The notes under the pieces are model-generated. The model ran no database searches. It was not told the DNA's origin and worked only from the letters and a program-made list of their open reading frames with translations. From Corallochytrium limacisporum Hawaii (Eukaryota > Protista > Pluriformea): DNA of 64,000 bases. The stretch covers positions 89,375-153,374 of the forward strand of contig PDIP01000022.1 of the NCBI GenBank assembly GCA_002811645.1, read 5' to 3'. Positions 1-9,390 of this stretch are shown here, piece by piece. Numbering within the stretch: position 1 is the first letter of the stretch; the number at the start of each line of letters is the position of its first letter. The position numbers were made by a program, and so were the translations under genes.

Positions 1-1
1 G

Positions 2-3000
2 TTCATGGAAGCCCACGGATCAAGTATGCGCATTTCGTTGTGCTTTGATTTGTCCAAGGTACCGCCTTCGAAGCTGATTACACCTCCGTTGTCGCCGAAA
101 GTGGTGCTATTGGACAAAATTCTGAGCATCTCAGAAACAACGAAGGCGCTAATATTGCTGACCCAACGATCTGGTCAGGATGAGACCGCTGACGATGCCA
201 GCCGTAATCTCACCCAGAATTTGATCTCTCAGTGCGAGGAGCTTCTCGATCGCATGAGTTCGCACAACATGAACATACTTACGGATCCCCACGCCATACA
301 CATCTGCTGTACTGCAGCGGTGACAATCGGAGATGCGCTGCAGACTATTCGCATGAAGCGAAGAAGTTTGGAAGAGAAGGCCTTGGGCAAATTCATTGAC
401 CCGGATGACATGAAACCCGAGGAAGATTGGGTAGTTTGTCGCCGGAGGTACGAGGCCACCGTGGACAATCTGGTCGGGTCCAGCCTCGCTGCATGCAATG
501 CCCGCATCAGCCGCATGACAGTGGCCAATCCCCTGCCGTCAGCCCTGCTACTGACTCTGATCACCACATGGTCTTTCTGTGCGAGTTTGGAGCGAATGTG
601 GTCACCCAGTGATACCAACACGCACTCTCTCTACAATAGTGAAGGCCGTCCTGAGAATACTTACGCTCGCCAGGGTCTGATGAAGCATACGAACCCAATA
701 TCCTTTCTGTGCTTCTCCCTATGGGACACCATTGTGCCTGCCATGCAACGCAGGGAGTTCTGCCACCGCTTTCGACGCTGTCCAAGCAGCCAACGGCGAG
801 CTATGTACTCGGGCATTCTGTATGAATGTGTGGCAGATATCTCCAAGAGCATGACTGCCGCGGGTATGCTCAAGATGGGCCAGCGTGTGCGATCAAAGCA
901 GTACGTCATGCGCCAGGTTCTAGAGGATTGCGTAGTACGCCTGACCCGCGGTTCCTATGAGCAAGTCTTCCAGCACATGCTCCGGGCTGGTCGCTCTAAT
1001 GCTTTTTCAGTCTTTGAGCCTGAAGGTGACGGAGAGGATCAACTCCATCCCAGACCGGAAGACAATAACTTGTTTATTGATCTCGAGATGATGCATGATC
1101 CACAACACTTGGAAGAGTTTGTCAATGTCATCACTTTGTGTGGATGGCGGGATCGGAACGTGTTTGAGACCATGTGGAGTGCATTGCTCAGTGTGCTGGG
1201 TACTGCCCTGGGCCAGGCTGATGAGCCTGAATCAACCGAGCTAATCGTTTTCGCAGCCAAAGGACTTTTTGGCATGCTCTTGGATGGTCTCGCAGTCAGT
1301 AACGAACGCCGTGACTTTGGCCATGCTCGCTTCCATCCCCTCAGTCACGGCATCTGCCCTGGATTTGACTCCCGCGAGTGCGTGCTAGAAGTTTTGCAGC
1401 CTTGGGCCTCGACAGGGGCGCAGATGGGTGGTATTGCTCCTGCCTACGTTGGTCTGACTGGCGGTGCCACCTCGGTGGGTCGTAACCCACGTTTTGTGGC
1501 AGTGTCCCTAATTTCAACCATTTACCCCTCGGACCCATACTTTGCGCCATACATGGCCACTCTTCTAGATCTCATGGAGCCAAAACTGGAGCCCGAGGCC
1601 CCGTTTGCCCTGCGTGCTATGGTTGCTCGACTTTGTTCCCACTTGGTTCCCTACACTCCACGTCAGTACGCGAGCGAATTTCTAGCTCCATATATGGTTC
1701 GATGTATGGCGGAGAAGACTGAGGATGAGGATATGTTCACTCGCTGTTACATGTCTCTACTCTTCACAGGCACCCTTGGCCTGGGAAAAGAAGCTGATCA
1801 GAGACCGCTGACAACGTTTGTGTTGGAGACGCTGTTTCATGTCCTCAAGTGGGTCGTGGACAATGCACGTGAGTTGGAAATGATCGACAACTTTTGCACC
1901 AAGTGCTATTTCGCTGTCCTTAGGGAACGTGCCCGTGTGGCACGTAAAAGTCTGGCTCCGCGCGACAGTGTGCAGTTGACTCAGCGCCTCTACGAGCATG
2001 CTTGGAGAGAGATGGCCTCCATGGCCAGTGGATCGGTTGATTACATCGAGGATGAGGTGGAGGAAGACTTTGTGCAGAGAAATGCCTCTGTAACCATGAT
2101 CACGGGACGCTGGTTGGTCAAAAATAAGATTGTAGGTCTCATCAAGCTGGCATGTACAATGGCCTGCTGGTACTTAAGTTTTGGTGACGAACGCAGCGCA
2201 CAAATGGCGCTGGATCTGTTGATCCGCGCACCCAAGATCTTCTCCAGAGATGCAGATGTTTTAGATACTCTTTACGATGGTTTCATAGCAATGATTGCCA
2301 AGAGCCAGGTGAACTCGACCTTTCGATCCAATGTCATGCGCTTGGCCTTTGATCTTCCCAACTCATTGAGTGCGGCGAGTGCCAGGCCTTTGCTTCGATA
2401 CTACGTTCTTTGCTCCGGCCCGGGACACGTGCCCAATGGCAATGAGACGAAGAGGGACGTAGGTGGCGACGGAGACAGAGGCATGGACAGAGTAGTTGGT
2501 GATGTTGCTGCAGAAGCGGCGGATGGTGGAGAGGCGGTGAACGTGTCGGATGGAACAGCCGCCGCCATTGTCGCGAGCACCGGGCTGCGGCGGGAGGAGA
2601 TGTCAATCGCCCCAACGGCTCACCCGGATCTGGGCAGCGACATAGCGGAGCAACAGGTCGGCCGCAATGGCGGCCGCCTATCCCTCAATCTCGATGCTCT
2701 TGATGAGAGCCAGAGGGCCTCGTTGGCAGTTACCGCATCGCCTCTGAAGGCCTCTGAGGATGACGCCTCGTATAATTTTGAGGAAGCTCTGCAAGCGCTC
2801 GTGGACGACCAAGAGGTGAGCGCCGTGACTATGGAGCGCACCACACGCTGCCTCAGCTTTGCTCGCTCTCAGCCATACATCGTCAACTGCATTGCACTAC
2901 CCATGGTTGTGGAGCTGATGCTGAATTCTATGAACGTACAGCACATTATGCCCATGCTAATGAGTGAGTTTCTGAACTGCTCCGGATCAGCAAGTGCTAT

Positions 3001-3343
3001 ACTGGGCACACAGCTTTTTGACATATTGCATGTGCTCCACGGCCATGCCAAGGATCCCGTTTGGGAGTGGGTCGTGTATTCACTTGACTCTCTGGCCAAG
3101 AAACAGCCGGCATCCATGGCTCAGTGGTCCTGTCTCATGGCGCTAGCACCGTTGACATCTGACGATACCGGGGATCCCCTGTGGCGGACCCAGTTCCGAA
3201 TGCTACGCTATGCCTATCGCCTGCACGGCTTTGTACTTCACCACGAAGCCGCACGGTCAATTCTGGCAAGCTTAAAAGCTGCGGAAGGGCAGAGACTGTC
3301 GGATGATCTATCAAAGACTCTACAGGCCATTACCCTGGAATGA
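2..3343 (+). CDS. HTT: Huntingtin homolog, C-terminal part (5'-truncated by window edge)
   Basis: [29 protein letters not shown] matches recalled human HTT [41 protein letters not shown]...[24 protein letters not shown] matches HTT DIMNKVIGEFLSN...[24 protein letters not shown]. The frame is open to the window start. Confidence 0.88.
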   Translation, partial: [1113 protein letters not shown]

Positions 3344-3517
3344 GAAACTCTTCGTATGTTCTTTAATACATGAATGAATGGAATGGAAGGCAATGGTGCC
3401 AAACTATGTGGTGGATGGAATAAGGTAAGCATAAAACTTTCATACTAAATTAGATCCATATCATGGGAGACCTGTCCCATCAAAGAAGTCGTACTGTACA
3501 TGGACGCTCCTCAGCTC

Positions 3518-3946
3518 TCAATATCTGTCCTTTTGAGAATAGTTCTTCGGTGCATGTGCTAATCCCACACCCTTGCGGCCAGCCCGATAGACTACTTCGA
3601 TGATGTCAATTAGTTCCTGTTTGTCAAGGATCGAAAATGCTATCTTGTTGGTATTTCCTGTACCTGTGTCAATCTTCATTTCTTTGTTGCGATAGAAGAA
3701 CATGAGGGTCATAGGATCATAGAGTTCGTACATGACATTGAAGTCTGGCACTTCGTCAGTATCCACCACGTAGATCACAGCAAAGGCCCGCACCTTTTCC
3801 GCTATTCGAAGTAGAATCTCATCCTGTTCCATGCATTGTGAATCGTGGTCTCTGCCGAATCGAATAACCACGACTCGGTCCTCTTCGCTCAGAATCGCCT
3901 GGTCCACTTGCCAGCCATTCCGCAAATGGGTTAGCATGTACGACAT
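3518..3946 (-). CDS. TXNL4A: U5 snRNP thioredoxin-like protein Dim1/Dib1
   Basis: 142 aa; MSYML.HL.NGWQVDQAILSEEDRVVVIRFG and EVPDFN.MYELYDP are Dim1 signatures. Confidence 0.97.
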   Translation of the reverse strand: MSYMLTHLRNGWQVDQAILSEEDRVVVIRFGRDHDSQCMEQDEILLRIAEKVRAFAVIYVVDTDEVPDFNVMYELYDPMTLMFFYRNKEMKIDTGTGNTNKIAFSILDKQELIDIIEVVYRAGRKGVGLAHAPKNYSQKDRY

Positions 3947-4117
3947 AGTTGTCCTAGGTCTCTTTCCCGGTACTCAAAATTTCCAAAACATGATGACTGC
4001 TTGATTGTCACATCCTTCAGATTAGTGAAACACGTGTCTCGATCACCACTTTCTTTTATCATCACCGCTTTTCATCTAAATACCCCGGCACCACGACACA
4101 GTCAACCCCATGTCCAC

Positions 4118-4184
4118 TCGGGCGAGCCCCCGACGCCCTTTGTCCCCTGGGGGAGGGGAGGATACGAAGGGCCGGCTCGCCCGA
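4118..4184. repeat. GC-rich inverted repeat in the divergent Dim1/kinase intergenic region
   Basis: TCGGGCGAGCC (4118-4128) and GGCTCGCCCGA (4174-4184) are perfect 11-bp arms; inner GCCCTT/AAGGGC pair; centre CCCCTGGGGG. Confidence 0.85.
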
Positions 4185-4792
4185 CAGTTCTCCATATTTC
4201 CCATATTTTCGTTCACAGCTGGTAGACTCAGTTGTGCAATGGACCTTGCAACCAAGAATCATGAGAATTAGGTGTGTAAGGGCCGAGCTCACAGCTGCCA
4301 CTGTTGTCGGTACAATGTATACGGACTGGTGGAGAGACCGTCCGAGAGCGAAAGTACCAGGGATAGGGAGCACTGCGGGCGGGTCACGAGCGCTGTGTTC
4401 CCTTCGGCCCTCTCGTCTAACCGCAGAAGCAAATGCGTAACGAACGCCAGGCAGAGAAAATCACCAAGTCGTCATGCGCAAGGTCTCAGCTTCTCGATTA
4501 CAAATTCACCCAGGGACCTGGAAAAAACTTCCAGACCAACAAACAGAAAAGAATATGCAAAAATGTGTTAAGGTTCTTCACAGTCCATGGTAAGTAGTCA
4601 GCAGACTATTCAAGCGTCAACTCCGTGGTCAATTTCATTCGCGAAATGTGAAACTAGTGTAGTCCTGGAAGTTCATCAGGAGTCTTGTTGGAATCACAAT
4701 GTCACCAACATGGAGTACACCCACGAATAGAGGAGAACAAAGGTGAATAAAGGGAACAAAAAAGTGCCTTTGGCCTTTGAAGCACAAACAAA

Positions 4793-6955
4793 ATGGACGC
4801 AGAAACGGCAACCACAGACTCTGGTTTGGCCGCTCGGTCAGCGACGACCGTATCGCGGGACTCACAGCCAACCAATGGTTCTTCGGGACAATCGAATCCC
4901 CTGGCAGGAGTTTTGCATAAAGATGACGCAAACTCTTTCATTCTTGAATACAAGGCATTGTCCATGACGGATGAGTTGGGACGGGGATCTTTCGGTGTAG
5001 TATTTGAGGGTATGTACTTTGGTAGTCCAGTTGCCATTAAGCAACTCGTCCACATGCCCAAGGATCTCTTAGCAGATTTCAGGAGAGAGGTCAGTGTCAT
5101 GAAACGATTGAGGCACCCCAACATTATGCTCTTCATTGGCGCGACCGTCAGTCCTGACCCTCTCTGCATTGTGACAGAATTATGTGAGAAGGGATCGCTT
5201 CAGTCCGTGATGGATAAGGAGGTTACAACCATAGACTATAAACGGAGACTGCGGATGTTGCTGGACGTAGGTCGGGGCATGAACTACTTGCACCATGCCG
5301 GTATCATTCATTTGGATCTCAAGCCATCCAACATTCTGGTGGGCCGCGACGATACGTGTAAAGTGGCCGACTTCGGATTAAGTAAGATTTTGTCGTACAA
5401 GGCTACATCGATGACCAACCAAGGCGGTGGGGGCACCGTCCTCTACACAGCGCCTGAGGTTTTCCGCGGGGACCGCATCAACACCAAGGCGGACATTTAC
5501 TCCTTTGCTGTTACCATGTGGCACCTGTACAGTCTAAAACAACCGTACCTTGGCGTCCATATGCACGCCGTATGCTTCAATGTAGTGGCACAGCATAAGA
5601 GGCCGGAAATTCCGCGCAACTGCGAGACTCCCTACGCCGAGCTGATCATCGAGTGTTGGGCACCGGCAGCAAGCAAGCGTCCGACGTTTGACGAGATTAT
5701 CAAGAAGTTAGAGGACCTATATTCAGCGGGAGGCGCCGAAGTGCAGCGTTACGGCCTGAGTGGGGTCAAGGATCGTGCAGGCAGTGCAAAGGATATTTCC
5801 GACGACCCTAGACTGTGGAGCAAGGCGGATGTTAAGAATTGGCTTGTGGCTGCCGGCTTTGATGATGTGGTCGAAGTATTTGAAGAAAATGAAATCAACG
5901 GCAAAGTCCTCCTGAGTTTGAGGGATGAGGATCTGAAGCGAGGTTTGGGCATTCAGTCCTTTGGGCGCCGCAGAGAGCTGCTGCTCGGCATTTCAACCCT
6001 GTGCCGGCTCTTGGAGAATAATGCAGCCCAAGACCCCACGGATGTAGGTCCGGGACGGTTTGGCGACCCTGCCAATGTCATGAGTGAAAACCTGGCTCTG
6101 ATGTCTGGAGGCATCACCCGCCTGGAACGCAACGGAACTTTCATTCACATGATCAAGCGACACAAGTTCACTCTTAAACGAGCCGACGCAGCGACACTAA
6201 ACAGTGTGAACTCCACGTGTGCCATGTGCGATGGACAGACAATTGCCAATGCACCGATTTATGAGTGCCAAAACTGTGGCATAATGTGCCACAGACAATG
6301 CTTCAAACTCGTTGATCAGGACTGCCAAAGTGCTGCGAGTTGGATCAGCTCCTCGGGTTCAAGGGCTCCCAATCAGCAGCACCTGCCCGCTCTGATCCTC
6401 GGACGGCTTTTGTTGCCCATTCGCAAGTCACAATTATATCTGAACAAGGGCGATTTTGAGACTGTTTATACGCTCTACCGCAGAGCGGCCGAGGAGGCCA
6501 TCACACTCTGCGGAAGATCGCGGGCCAACACTGGCAGCACCATGTCGAGCATGTCGTCCACAACTTCGGGAATGGCTCGACTAGGTCTGAATCAGGTCGG
6601 CCGGCGTGATTCTGCTTACTATTCTACGCGAATGCAGCAGGATTCTACTCTGCCGACTGTTCTAGAAGTTAAGGTTTCCCTAGCGCTTGCAGACTGCGAG
6701 AACTACGAATCCACGGAGGCCAAGTGCTGGGTCATCCGCCGCAGCTTTGATTATTTGCTGAATCGTGAGGAGGTCATTGCTCTGCCGCAGGCGGAAGAGA
6801 TCTTCCTCTTCACTGTTGAGGAGGTGGATGAGGGGGATATTGGGACATTTGTCGCAATCAATCCCAAAGAGGACACCGGGGAGAGTCAGCCAAAGAATGG
6901 CAGCAACATCAACCCGAGAGGCCTCATTCCCAGTCTGACTGTGAGGACACCGTAA
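4793..6955 (+). CDS. TKL-group (Raf/MLK-like) Ser/Thr kinase with SAM and atypical C1 domains
   Basis: Kinase motifs GRGSFG, VAIK, HLDLKPSN, DFG, YTAPE and CW...RPTF. SAM: WSKADVKNWL...FEENEINGKVLLSL...LGIQSFGRR (about 5807-6010). C1: H-x18-C-x2-C-x12-C-x2-C-x4-H-x2-C-x7-C (about 6161-6325). Confidence 0.92.
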   Translation: MDAETATTDSGLAARSATTVSRDSQPTNGSSGQSNPLAGVLHKDDANSFILEYKALSMTDELGRGSFGVVFEGMYFGSPVAIKQLVHMPKDLLADFRREVSVMKRLRHPNIMLFIGATVSPDPLCIVTELCEKGSLQSVMDKEVTTIDYKRRLRMLLDVGRGMNYLHHAGIIHLDLKPSNILVGRDDTCKVADFGLSKILSYKATSMTNQGGGGTVLYTAPEVFRGDRINTKADIYSFAVTMWHLYSLKQPYLGVHMHAVCFNVVAQHKRPEIPRNCETPYAELIIECWAPAASKRPTFDEIIKKLEDLYSAGGAEVQRYGLSGVKDRAGSAKDISDDPRLWSKADVKNWLVAAGFDDVVEVFEENEINGKVLLSLRDEDLKRGLGIQSFGRRRELLLGISTLCRLLENNAAQDPTDVGPGRFGDPANVMSENLALMSGGITRLERNGTFIHMIKRHKFTLKRADAATLNSVNSTCAMCDGQTIANAPIYECQNCGIMCHRQCFKLVDQDCQSAASWISSSGSRAPNQQHLPALILGRLLLPIRKSQLYLNKGDFETVYTLYRRAAEEAITLCGRSRANTGSTMSSMSSTTSGMARLGLNQVGRRDSAYYSTRMQQDSTLPTVLEVKVSLALADCENYESTEAKCWVIRRSFDYLLNREEVIALPQAEEIFLFTVEEVDEGDIGTFVAINPKEDTGESQPKNGSNINPRGLIPSLTVRTP

Positions 6956-7093
6956 CGAGTCTGATTCCGTAAGCATTTGATAAAACCATCAGAAATAAAA
7001 GGTATAAGAAAACACGAGTAGGCTCCAGGCCACACTTGGCGCACAGAGCAAAAAAAAAAAAAATTCCCTTTCCTCAAGGGACCAGAAAAAACC

Positions 7094-7191
7094 TGGAGCT
7101 GCGGGGTTTCGATCCCCGTACCTCGCACACTTTAGATAACAAAGCCAAACGGATTGCTAAGCGCACACTCTACCAATTGAGCTACAGCCCC
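7094..7191 (-). tRNA. tRNA-Ala(AGC) with 25-nt intron, copy 1
   Basis: GGGGCTG/CAGCTCC acceptor stem with G3:U70; anticodon loop TT-AGC-A[intron ATCCGTTTGGCTTTGTTATCTAAAG]T; T-arm CGGGG-ATCGAAA-CCCCG; T6 terminator at 7086-7091. Confidence 0.95.
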
Positions 7192-7281
7192 CAAGGAGGT
7201 CACCTTGAAAGAATGGGAAAAACTTCTCCTCACTAAAAAGTAAAGATCCCACTAGTGAGATCGCCACACAACAGAAAAACC

Positions 7282-7379
7282 TGGAGCTGCGGGGTTTCGA
7301 TCCCCGTACCTCGCACACTTTAGATAACAAAGCCAAACGGATTGCTAAGCGCACACTCTACCAATTGAGCTACAGCCCC
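7282..7379 (-). tRNA. tRNA-Ala(AGC) with 25-nt intron, copy 2
   Basis: Identical to copy 1; T5 terminator at 7275-7279. Confidence 0.93.
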
Positions 7380-7469
7380 CAAGGAGGTCACCTTGAAAGA
7401 ATGGGAAAAACTTCTCCTCACTAAAAAGTAAAGATCCCACTAGTGAGATCGCCACACAACAGAAAAACC

Positions 7470-7567
7470 TGGAGCTGCGGGGTTTCGATCCCCGTACCTC
7501 GCACACTTTAGATAACAAAGCCAAACGGATTGCTAAGCGCACACTCTACCAATTGAGCTACAGCCCC
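7470..7567 (-). tRNA. tRNA-Ala(AGC) with 25-nt intron, copy 3
   Basis: Identical to copy 1; T5 terminator at 7463-7467; unique upstream flank. Confidence 0.95.
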
Positions 7568-8012
7568 CAGTACTCTGTGAGTAACCATCTCATTGCTGAG
7601 ATGTTGAATTGGGAAAAAAATTATTATATATACTACTGAGGAAATTCGCAGCTGGGTCCAGGACAAGCTGCAGCCTTGAATGCTAGTACAAGATTATACG
7701 GACATCTGAATATGGTGCTCTAATGTGGATACTGTACCAAATAAAGGGCAAAGGAGAGTATTTATGAGATACGGATATCGAAAAGCGAGAGAATTGACTT
7801 AGCTCGTCTCTGCAGTACTGGTTGTTTTGGGATCGGGGAAGGGAAGTAGTCTGACCCCGTGTGGCAGTCAGTAGAGGCGAAAGTGATGCGAATTTGGTAA
7901 CGCTGGCTGCTAAGGGCAAGGTATTTTGAACGTGAACCGAGTACATTTTTCAGCCTTGTAGTGTTCGGTCAATTTGTGCTTCACGGATTCATATAAAACA
8001 AGCCATCAAAAC

Positions 8013-8663
8013 ATGACAGACCGGGATTCCTTGCGGAAACAATTTCCCATTTATGACGAAGGCGCGGCAGCGCCGAAGCCGAAGCCGGGCCCAAAGCCCG
8101 ATCCAACTCCCATCGACACGGCCAGTCGGGCTGTGGTAGACTTTGTTTTCGATGGTAGAAAGGTAGTTGGAGAAATAGCCCAGCAGGCTAGAGATCTTGG
8201 CACGTCTGCCGAGCAACAACTGGAAGGCCTGCGCAAAAATTTCCCGCAGGACAAAGAAGATCCCATGGTGCTGGGAATCACGGTCGGCACGGGCGTCTTC
8301 AGTCTTTTCGCGTACAAGCGCCTCTTCCGCTTGCGTTGGAGCAGAAGCCTACTATTTGCCGGAGCCACCACCTTTGGAGCAGCGTATGCAATGCAGCCTA
8401 TTGTCACCAAACGCACCCTCGGCGCCATGTACAAGGATGTGGAGAAGGAAGTGAGTCCTTATGTATCGGAGGCGCAGGCGCAGGTTTCATCCGTCGCTGG
8501 AGAGGCCATCAACAGTGCCCGGTCCAGCGTACAGTCCACTGTTGACGCTCTCTGGAAGTCTATGACAGAGAAAACTGATCCGAAGAAGGTGGACGATGCA
8601 CCACAAGGAGATCCCGGACAGTCGCAAGCGAAGGACAAGGATATGTACACGCGCCGCGGGTGA
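8013..8663 (+). CDS. MICOS subunit MIC26/MIC27 (apolipoprotein O family)
   Basis: N-terminal FPIYDE motif, two Gly/Ala-rich hydrophobic segments separated by a basic linker (YKRLFRLRWSR), and C-terminal DPGQSQAKDKDMYTRRG resembling animal ApoO-like DHGQSNPEDxDMYSTRS. First ATG at 8013. Confidence 0.85.
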   Translation: MTDRDSLRKQFPIYDEGAAAPKPKPGPKPDPTPIDTASRAVVDFVFDGRKVVGEIAQQARDLGTSAEQQLEGLRKNFPQDKEDPMVLGITVGTGVFSLFAYKRLFRLRWSRSLLFAGATTFGAAYAMQPIVTKRTLGAMYKDVEKEVSPYVSEAQAQVSSVAGEAINSARSSVQSTVDALWKSMTEKTDPKKVDDAPQGDPGQSQAKDKDMYTRRG

Positions 8664-9012
8664 ATCCCTGAAAAGTTTGTACACCAAGTAAAAATGAATA
8701 GTAAAGTAGTATAGGGCGCTATAGAAAGATAATGGAGCACTCGAAGAACACTGAATGGAAGGTGTGTATAGTCTGGGGGAAATGCCGTGTCCTTTCTCGT
8801 GGGCACTTTGTGTGTGGTGAAGTTTAATATGTCAATTTGAATGTATGAAAGATGTGAAATATGATCGCCTGAAGTGGCGTTGCTGTTGATGTGCGCGTGT
8901 GTAAGAAGTGGAGATATGCTATGGTCATACAAGTGCTGGCTATGCTGGTTCAATTGGGCCCGTTTGTACTTGATCAGTTACCTTGGTTGCCTTTTTCATA
9001 TGCTCTGTTCAA

Positions 9013-9390
9013 CTAGCTGAACAAGCAGCAGCAGCACAGGACGGCCAGGGCAGAACCCAGGCAGATAGCAGCGCCGTCGTCAGCGGTACTGCGAGGAGGA
9101 CGCTGCTGTGGCTGCTGGACATAGTAGACCTGAGGCTGAGGCTGTGCGTAGTATCCCTGGGGAGGAGCACCGTTGGCTCCGGGGTAGCCTGCGGGAGGCT
9201 TGGCCTGTCCGTTCTGGTTGTATCCGTACTGTCCGCCGTAGTACTGCTGATTGGTGGGGTACTGGTAGCCGCTGGGTGGGTAGGCGCCCTGGGTGTTGTT
9301 GGGCGGAGGATACGCAGACACGCCGTTGGTGCCGTAGCTCTGGGAGCTGTAGGGAGGAGGTTGGGTCTTTTCGTTGGGCTTTGAGCTCAT
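9013..9390 (-). CDS. CYSTM-family Pro/Gln/Tyr-rich tail-anchored protein
   Basis: PPPY and P/Q/Y/G-rich body followed by C-terminal DGAAICLGSALAVLCCCCLFS. ATG in accATG context at 9390. Confidence 0.85.
   Translation of the reverse strand: MSSKPNEKTQPPPYSSQSYGTNGVSAYPPPNNTQGAYPPSGYQYPTNQQYYGGQYGYNQNGQAKPPAGYPGANGAPPQGYYAQPQPQVYYVQQPQQRPPRSTADDGAAICLGSALAVLCCCCLFS

Larger units (their letters stand above)
7087..7569. repeat. 188-bp tandem repeat (tRNA-Ala plus 90-bp spacer), about 2.5 units
   Basis: Period 188 (7094, 7282, 7470); the two spacers are identical. Confidence 0.95.

Noticed and set aside
4017-4064. Box C/D-like motifs (GTGATGA...CTGA on - here; on + at 10847-10889)
   Set aside because: Spacing is too short, there is no terminal stem, and only 7-8 nt of recalled rRNA complementarity.
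7036-7542. Repeated 65-aa ORFs, and similar ORFs at 29422-30232
   Set aside because: Translations of tRNA genes and A-tracts.
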